DNA of 64,000 bases, from contig CBDCAE010000005.1 of assembly GCA_965213825.1 (NCBI GenBank), positions 70,443 through 134,442 on the forward strand, read 5' to 3'. A program made the position numbers and the translations under genes. Of this stretch, positions 59,346 to 64,000 are shown piece by piece (position 1 is the stretch's first letter; each line of letters opens with the position of its first letter). The stretch is from Capsulimonadaceae bacterium (lineage in GTDB: Bacteria; Armatimonadota; Armatimonadia; Armatimonadales; Capsulimonadaceae). The notes beneath the pieces are model-generated. The model saw only the letters and a program-made list of their open reading frames with translations. It was not told the DNA's origin and did not search any database.

Positions 59346-59771
59346 CTAAGACGAATCTAGTTCGCCTTCTTCATTAAGATAAAAGTCACCCCCGTTGAAA
59401 TCAAGCACGAATTCGCCGGATTCGCGCCAGCTCTCGATTTTTGCCGGGTAGTAAGAATGTTCCTCTTCGGTGGCATTCTCCGGGTGGTCCAGAAAATCCT
59501 GATAATGCTCCGCCAAGTCTGTAATGCCAATCCACTGGTCAGAGATAAAGAACTTTTTAATGGGGATGGTTCCGGGCGTAAATCGCAGCGGGCTAAAGGG
59601 CGGTCCAGTTTCTTCCGTGTAGGCGCCAAGCAGATTGCCGTCTTTATCGAACTCTACGAGCGGGAAAGTGGGTGTCTCTATCTTCTTGCCGTCACTGTTT
59701 GTGTCGGCACTGCCCATGTTTTGTATCTTGTAAAGGCGCTCGATGGATTCAGTTTCAGGCTCGCAGTTCAT
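59346..59771 (-). CDS. Hypothetical acidic protein
   Basis: 141-aa ORF, visibly lower GC than its neighbours. No motif recognised. Confidence 0.4.
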   Translation of the reverse strand: MNCEPETESIERLYKIQNMGSADTNSDGKKIETPTFPLVEFDKDGNLLGAYTEETGPPFSPLRFTPGTIPIKKFFISDQWIGITDLAEHYQDFLDHPENATEEEHSYYPAKIESWRESGEFVLDFNGGDFYLNEEGELDSS

Positions 59772-59776
59772 AGAAG

Positions 59777-59829
59777 TTACTCTTCCACCCGAATCCAGTT
59801 TTCAATGGCGAAAGCGATGTGCAGGCAGT
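59777..59829 (-). pseudogene. Second, orphan copy of the hom 3' end (last 16 codons plus stop)
   Basis: 44/53 nt identical to 60547-60599 (hand count). Reads CLHIAFAIENWIRVEE*, against hom RLHIVSAIENWIRVEE*. Confidence 0.8.
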
Positions 59830-59831
59830 AA

Positions 59832-60176
59832 TTAGAACGGCAAATAGCGGACTTGGTTGGCGTACTCTTCTAGCTCACTGACAAAAGCTATGGTTTCCAG
59901 GTCGTCAATGCACTGGCCGATGACGGTGGTTTGCTGATGCTGGTAAAGGACGCCGACAAAATATGTGCCGTTTGTTTGACGCCGGTTGGCTTCAATGAGA
60001 AAATCGTCGTCCTGCGTGAATATCAGGCGGTTCAGCACTGCCGCGCGGTCTAAGAGAGCGGAGTCATCCAGCCGCGCCGAGCCGTCTTCCTGCGCGGTCA
60101 CCACGTCCACACCTCGCCGCCGCAAGCCGCGCGTGATGGCTTCTTTGACGTGTACATCCATGTAGAGCGCAACCAT
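59832..60176 (-). CDS. DUF5615 (PIN-like, Mut7-C-type) putative toxin
   Basis: MDVHVKEAITRGLRRRGVDVVTAQEDG...LIFTQDDDFL. 1-nt overlap (TGATG) with the upstream gene. Confidence 0.75.
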   Translation of the reverse strand: MVALYMDVHVKEAITRGLRRRGVDVVTAQEDGSARLDDSALLDRAAVLNRLIFTQDDDFLIEANRRQTNGTYFVGVLYQHQQTTVIGQCIDDLETIAFVSELEEYANQVRYLPF

Positions 60177-60544
60177 CAGGCAGCGACTTCTCCGTTCTTC
60201 GCCGCGTTGCGCCGACGTATCTCATCGCGCCATGCCGTATTACTAGTTCTTTCGTAGCCACGTTGATAGGCGGCTTGACCGATGCGGATTAGCTCGTCAA
60301 TTTCAGGCTGATGATCGTAATAGTAGGCAAGAGCGGCATGGATTTGGGCAAGGGTCAAGTGCGGGTGGTCCGCCTGGATGTCTTCGGCAAGCTGTCCCTG
60401 CACATGGTCTAAGACCACTTCCACGACCTTGACATTGCTGTCATCAATCCAGGCGACGCCGCGCTCGTCCCGATGGATATGCAGGGTTGCGGTGTAAGGC
60501 CCGATCTCAACCGGCAGCGGTGGTTGGAGCGAAGAGGTTGACAT
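60176..60544 (-). CDS. DUF433 putative antitoxin
   Basis: VKVVEVVLDHVQGQLAEDIQADHPHLTLAQIHAALAYYYDH. Starts 2 nt after the hom stop. Confidence 0.75.
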   Translation of the reverse strand: MSTSSLQPPLPVEIGPYTATLHIHRDERGVAWIDDSNVKVVEVVLDHVQGQLAEDIQADHPHLTLAQIHAALAYYYDHQPEIDELIRIGQAAYQRGYERTSNTAWRDEIRRRNAAKNGEVAA

Positions 60545-60546
60545 GG

Positions 60547-61839
60547 TTATTCTTCTACCCGTATCCAGTTCTCGATGGCGGAGACGATGTGCAGGCGGTT
60601 GATGACATCGAGCGCAGAGCGTAAATTGGCTTCCAAAGTTTGGTGGGTAATCCAGACGATCTCGGCGTCGCCGCCCGGCAGGGCACGCTGGACGACGCTT
60701 TCAATACTCACGTTGAAGTCGCCGAAGACGGAGGCAAGGCTTGCCAAGACTTTCGGGCGGTCGTGGGCGGTCAGGCGGATGTAGTATTTTGTGCGAAGCC
60801 GGTCAATCGGCAGTGCGGGTTTTTGGTCATAGCAGGTGCAGCCTAAACGGCCCGTCGCGCCTCTTTGGATGTTGCGGGCGATCTCGATGACGTCCCCGGC
60901 GACCGCACTGCCCGTCGGCAGGCTGCCCGCGCCGCGCCCGTAGAACATGACATCGCCGACGGCGTTGCCCTTTAAGTAGATGCCGTTGTAAACGTCATTG
61001 ACCGATGCTAAAGGATGCGAGATAGGAAGCAGGACTGGGTGAACGCGAACTTGCAGAGCATCGCCGAGGTCCTGTCCCATGCCGACGATTTTGATGACAT
61101 AGCCGAGTTCTTTGGCGACGGCGATGTCTCGCTTAGAGATCTTGGTGATGCCTTCGACATAAATGTCTTCGGGCAGGACGCGCGACGTGAACGCAATAGA
61201 CGAGAGAATGGCCGTCTTGTACTGGGCGTCGTAACCTTCAATGTCGTTGGTCGGGTCGGCCTCGGCGTAGCCCTTTGCCTGCGCTTCGGCCAGCACATCG
61301 GCGAAGTCGGCGTCTTCGGCGGTCATTTTGGAGAGAATGTAGTTGGTCGTACCGTTGACAATACCCATGATCTCGGAGAATTTGTTTGCGGCAAGCGCTT
61401 GTTTCAGAGGCTGAATGATCGGGATGCCGCCTCCGACACTGCCTTCAAAGCTGAAGTCCAGGTCGCGGTTTTCAGCCTCGTGCAGCAAGTCATGGCCCGC
61501 TTTCGCCATCATTTCTTTGTTGGCTGTGACGATATTCTTGTTGTTTTTAATCGCCCGAAGCACGAACTCGTGTGCAGGGTCTACGCCGCCGATCAGCTCG
61601 CAGACAATGTCTATTTCGGGGTCATCGGTGACATCTTCGGGCCGCTCGGTCAAAATAGCCGGGTCAACGTCCACCGCGCGGGCTTTGGACTTGTCCCGGA
61701 CTGCGATGCGCCGCACAACCACCGGAACGCCGACTTTGCGGGCGATGTCTTCGGCGTTTTCGGCCAGCACACGCACGGTGCCACTACCGACGACGCCGAG
61801 ACCGAGTATTCCGACGTTAATTTGTTTTTTATCGCTCAC
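60547..61839 (-). CDS. hom: Homoserine dehydrogenase with a C-terminal ACT domain
   Basis: INVGILGLGVVGSGTVRVL, TANKEMMA, GIVNGTTNYIL, C-terminal ACT-like region. Confidence 0.9.
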   Translation of the reverse strand: MSDKKQINVGILGLGVVGSGTVRVLAENAEDIARKVGVPVVVRRIAVRDKSKARAVDVDPAILTERPEDVTDDPEIDIVCELIGGVDPAHEFVLRAIKNNKNIVTANKEMMAKAGHDLLHEAENRDLDFSFEGSVGGGIPIIQPLKQALAANKFSEIMGIVNGTTNYILSKMTAEDADFADVLAEAQAKGYAEADPTNDIEGYDAQYKTAILSSIAFTSRVLPEDIYVEGITKISKRDIAVAKELGYVIKIVGMGQDLGDALQVRVHPVLLPISHPLASVNDVYNGIYLKGNAVGDVMFYGRGAGSLPTGSAVAGDVIEIARNIQRGATGRLGCTCYDQKPALPIDRLRTKYYIRLTAHDRPKVLASLASVFGDFNVSIESVVQRALPGGDAEIVWITHQTLEANLRSALDVINRLHIVSAIENWIRVEE

Positions 61840-61844
61840 GGGGG

Positions 61845-62357
61845 TTACTGCGGCTCCACAAAAATCAGCGGCTGCCCCTGCTGGACCAGCTTGCCGCTCT
61901 CAACCGGCATTTCGGTGACACGGCCCGCCACTTCCGACGGCACTTCGCTGTAAACCTTCATCGCTTCGATCAGGCCAATGGACTGACCGACTTTCACGAA
62001 GTCGCCGACCGAGACAAACGGCGGGTCGTCGGGCGACGGCGACTGGTAGAAGACGCCGACCATGGGGGACTCCAAAGCGATTGCCGTGGACTTCGCTTTT
62101 ACCGGCGTCAGTACCGGCGTTTCCGAGTACGCGGGGGACTGCGCCGCCGGCAGCAAATGCGGATGCGCCGGGACTGCCAGCCCCGCGGGCGCAGCAGCCG
62201 GTGCAGAGACCGCCGCTTTGACCGTCAGCGAGACGCCGCCCTCTTCTACGGTCAGCTCCGACAGGCCGTGCGCCGCGACAAGCTGCGCGAGTGTTCGCAC
62301 CGACGCCGTAATTGTCTCATTTTCGATTTCTTCGGCCACGCAATACTCCTGCGTCAT
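61845..62357 (-). CDS. accB: Biotin carboxyl carrier protein-like (biotinyl domain)
   Basis: GQSIGLIEAMKVYSEVPSEVAGRV (EAMK biotinylation motif), Ala/Pro linker. Internal ATG 62357 avoids overlap with pheA. Confidence 0.7.
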   Translation of the reverse strand: MTQEYCVAEEIENETITASVRTLAQLVAAHGLSELTVEEGGVSLTVKAAVSAPAAAPAGLAVPAHPHLLPAAQSPAYSETPVLTPVKAKSTAIALESPMVGVFYQSPSPDDPPFVSVGDFVKVGQSIGLIEAMKVYSEVPSEVAGRVTEMPVESGKLVQQGQPLIFVEPQ

Positions 62358-62411
62358 TGTAGCACAGGAGCGGCAGGAATTCCTATGCTGCCTGCCGAAT
62401 ACACATTCACT

Positions 62412-63479
62412 ATGAGCCTCCAAGACCTGCGACAAAAGATTGACGGCATTGACGCCGAGATTGTCCGGCTGCTGAATGACCGGGCGGAAATATCGCTGGA
62501 AGTAGGCCGGCAGAAGTCGGAAGACAAAAGCGCCCGGTACTTTGCGCCGGAGCGCGAGCGGGACATGATCGGACGGCTGTTAGAATTGCACGGCACCGGC
62601 GCACTGCCGAAAGAGTCACTTCTTGCCATCTACCGAGAGATTATCTCGGCATCCATCGCCCTGCAAAAGCCGATGACCGTGGCGTATTGGGGGCCATCGG
62701 GAACATTTACGGAGATGGCCGCCATGTCCCGCTTCGGCTCGTCGGCATCATACTACGACTGTGCGGGGATCGCGGACGTATTCGGGGAAGTCGAGCGCGG
62801 GCGGGCGGACTACGGGGTCGTGCCGGTGGAGAACTCGACCGAGGGCGTGGTCAACTACACGCTCGACATGTTCCACGAAACATCGCTCCGCATCTGCGCC
62901 GAAATTTTTGTCACGATTATCCAAAACCTGCTAACCCATGCGAAGTCTCTCGGCGAAATCCAGCGCCTCTACACTGGCCCGCAGCCGCTGGCCCAGTGCC
63001 GCCGGTGGCTGGACCAGCATCTGCCGGGCGTCGAAATCATCGAGATTATGCCGACCTCAAAGTCAGCCGAACGCGCCGCCGCCGATCCGCAGGGCGCAGC
63101 GATTGCCCCGAAGCGCTCGTCGGAAGTCTACGGCGTCCCGATGCTGTTTGAGTCCATTGAAGACAGCCCGCACAACCGCACCCGCTTTCTGGTCATCGGC
63201 CGCAACGAGCCGCCGCCGACAGGCCGGGACAAGACTTCAGCCCTGTTCGCCGTCAAAAACGAGCCGGGGTCTCTGGGCCGCGCCCTCCGGGCCTTCGAGA
63301 CCTTCGGCGTCAACCTGACGATGGTCGCCACTCGTCCCGCCCGTAACACGGCCTGGGAGTATGTGCAGTTTGTGGACTTTCAAGGCCATGAGAACGACGA
63401 GCCGGTCAAGCTCGCTTTGGATGCCCTACGGGCGCAGTCCATCTATGTGAACGTGCTAGGTTCGTATCCAGAGGGTTAA
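62412..63479 (+). CDS. pheA: Bifunctional chorismate mutase / prephenate dehydratase (P-protein)
   Basis: LQDLRQKIDGIDAEIVRLLNDRA (CM), VAYWGPSGTFTE and VPVENSTEGVV (PDT), ACT domain ALFAVKNEPGSLGRAL. ATG 62412. Confidence 0.9.
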   Translation: MSLQDLRQKIDGIDAEIVRLLNDRAEISLEVGRQKSEDKSARYFAPERERDMIGRLLELHGTGALPKESLLAIYREIISASIALQKPMTVAYWGPSGTFTEMAAMSRFGSSASYYDCAGIADVFGEVERGRADYGVVPVENSTEGVVNYTLDMFHETSLRICAEIFVTIIQNLLTHAKSLGEIQRLYTGPQPLAQCRRWLDQHLPGVEIIEIMPTSKSAERAAADPQGAAIAPKRSSEVYGVPMLFESIEDSPHNRTRFLVIGRNEPPPTGRDKTSALFAVKNEPGSLGRALRAFETFGVNLTMVATRPARNTAWEYVQFVDFQGHENDEPVKLALDALRAQSIYVNVLGSYPEG

Positions 63480-63866
63480 ATGGCTGACGCGAACGCTTTG
63501 TCTGTTGTTGAGTTAAATCATGTCACGTTGTATGTTCGGGACCTCGCCACGTCGGTCCACTTCTACAGCGAGGTTCTCGGCCTGCCTTCTCTGCCGCGCC
63601 CGGAGTTCGGATTTGCCGGGGCGTGGTTTGCGCTCGGCTCGCAGCAATTACATCTGAACGTAGACACGCAGAACCAGAACAAAGAGCGGCACTCGCTGCA
63701 TGTCGCCTTCTTAGTTCAAGATGCCGCAGCGGCGGCTCAGGCATTGCAGCAGCGTGGGGTGGCACTTCAGCGTGGTCCTTCTGTCCGGCCTGATGGTGCA
63801 GTTCAAACATTCTTTCAAGACCCTGATGGCTACCTGTTGGAGCTTGTATCTCAAAGCAGACCGTGA
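63480..63866 (+). CDS. VOC/glyoxalase family protein
   Basis: LNHVTLYVRDLATSVHFYSEVLGL; HVAFLV; FFQDPDGYLLEL. Confidence 0.8.
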   Translation: MADANALSVVELNHVTLYVRDLATSVHFYSEVLGLPSLPRPEFGFAGAWFALGSQQLHLNVDTQNQNKERHSLHVAFLVQDAAAAAQALQQRGVALQRGPSVRPDGAVQTFFQDPDGYLLELVSQSRP

Positions 63867-63933
63867 CAGAAATATCACGATTTGCTATCACCATGCCGGG
63901 AACCCGCTCTCTTTTATGGGCATTTGACACAGT

Positions 63934-64000
63934 ATGCGATTTACGAAGATGCAGGGGGTCGGGAATGACTTTGTTGTGGTGGACGCGGCAGGGTTTGACG
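63934..64000 (+). CDS. dapF: Diaminopimelate epimerase, first 22 codons only (runs off window)
   Basis: MRFTKMQGVGNDFVVVDAAGFD matches the DapF N-terminal signature. Confidence 0.6.
   Translation, partial: MRFTKMQGVGNDFVVVDAAGFD

Noticed and set aside
59333-59362. A possible third hom-3'-end relic after ORF 59346-59771 (AACTAGATTCG versus AACTGGATTCG).
   Set aside because: Only about 11 of 15 nt match, inside the coding end of the ORF. The 13-nt spacer to the next gene leaves no room for a relic. This is likely chance.
62157-62411. The N-terminal 85-codon extension of the pheA ORF (start 62157) and the long start of the accB-like ORF (62435) overlap each other.
   Set aside because: The chorismate mutase homology starts at MSLQDLRQKIDG (ATG 62412), and the accB-like homology starts after ATG 62357. 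The extensions are Arg-rich nonsense.

Overview
GC-rich bacterial chromosomal window; I cannot name the lineage by eye. Coding density is high, and there are several extended -10 (TGnTATAAT) promoters and several families of GC-rich intergenic hairpin repeats.

The left third (about 1-20.5 kb) is accessory DNA:
- A truncated ComEC-like MBL ORF is coupled to a Cap4/DUF4297-like nuclease ORF that runs off the window edge.
- A visibly AT-richer block (about 4.2-13.1 kb) carries a convergent five-gene restriction-modification-like module. A GHKL ATPase, a PD-(D/E)xK protein and a Z1/P-loop NTPase face a C5-cytosine methyltransferase and a short MutY/Mig-like HhH-GPD glycosylase. No vsr gene is present.
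- A tRNA-Thr(CGU)-associated integrative element (about 13.1-20.4 kb) has a tyrosine integrase, an excisionase-type HTH, a Cas4-like nuclease, a replication-like protein and orphan ORFs.

The rest is mostly housekeeping and metabolic:
- folC, rluD-lgt-lspA-dksA-like-ileS, and rmlD.
- An RDD / SpoIIM-like / DUF58 envelope cluster and a DUF2089-DUF4097 operon.
- A parvulin PPIase, a REC-TrxR / cNMP-histidine kinase / PAS-PP2C signalling cluster, and an arabinan utilisation locus (GH51, ABC transporter, decayed GH43, araB).
- qor, a Na+/H+ antiporter, rsmA, hom, accB-like, pheA, and the start of dapF.

The most notable non-obvious signal is two small integrase-less gene cassettes. One is DUF4240 plus an unknown ORF after DUF58; the other is a DUF433/DUF5615 toxin-antitoxin pair after hom. 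Each is inserted exactly at the stop codon of a host gene and is followed by a diverged second copy of that gene's 3' end.

Other signals are a structured ileS leader with a T-box-like motif, MITE-like long inverted repeats, and a GH43 pseudogene with a 20-nt tandem duplication. No CRISPR array or rRNA was seen. All calls come from reading the sequence and ORF translations; no database search was run.
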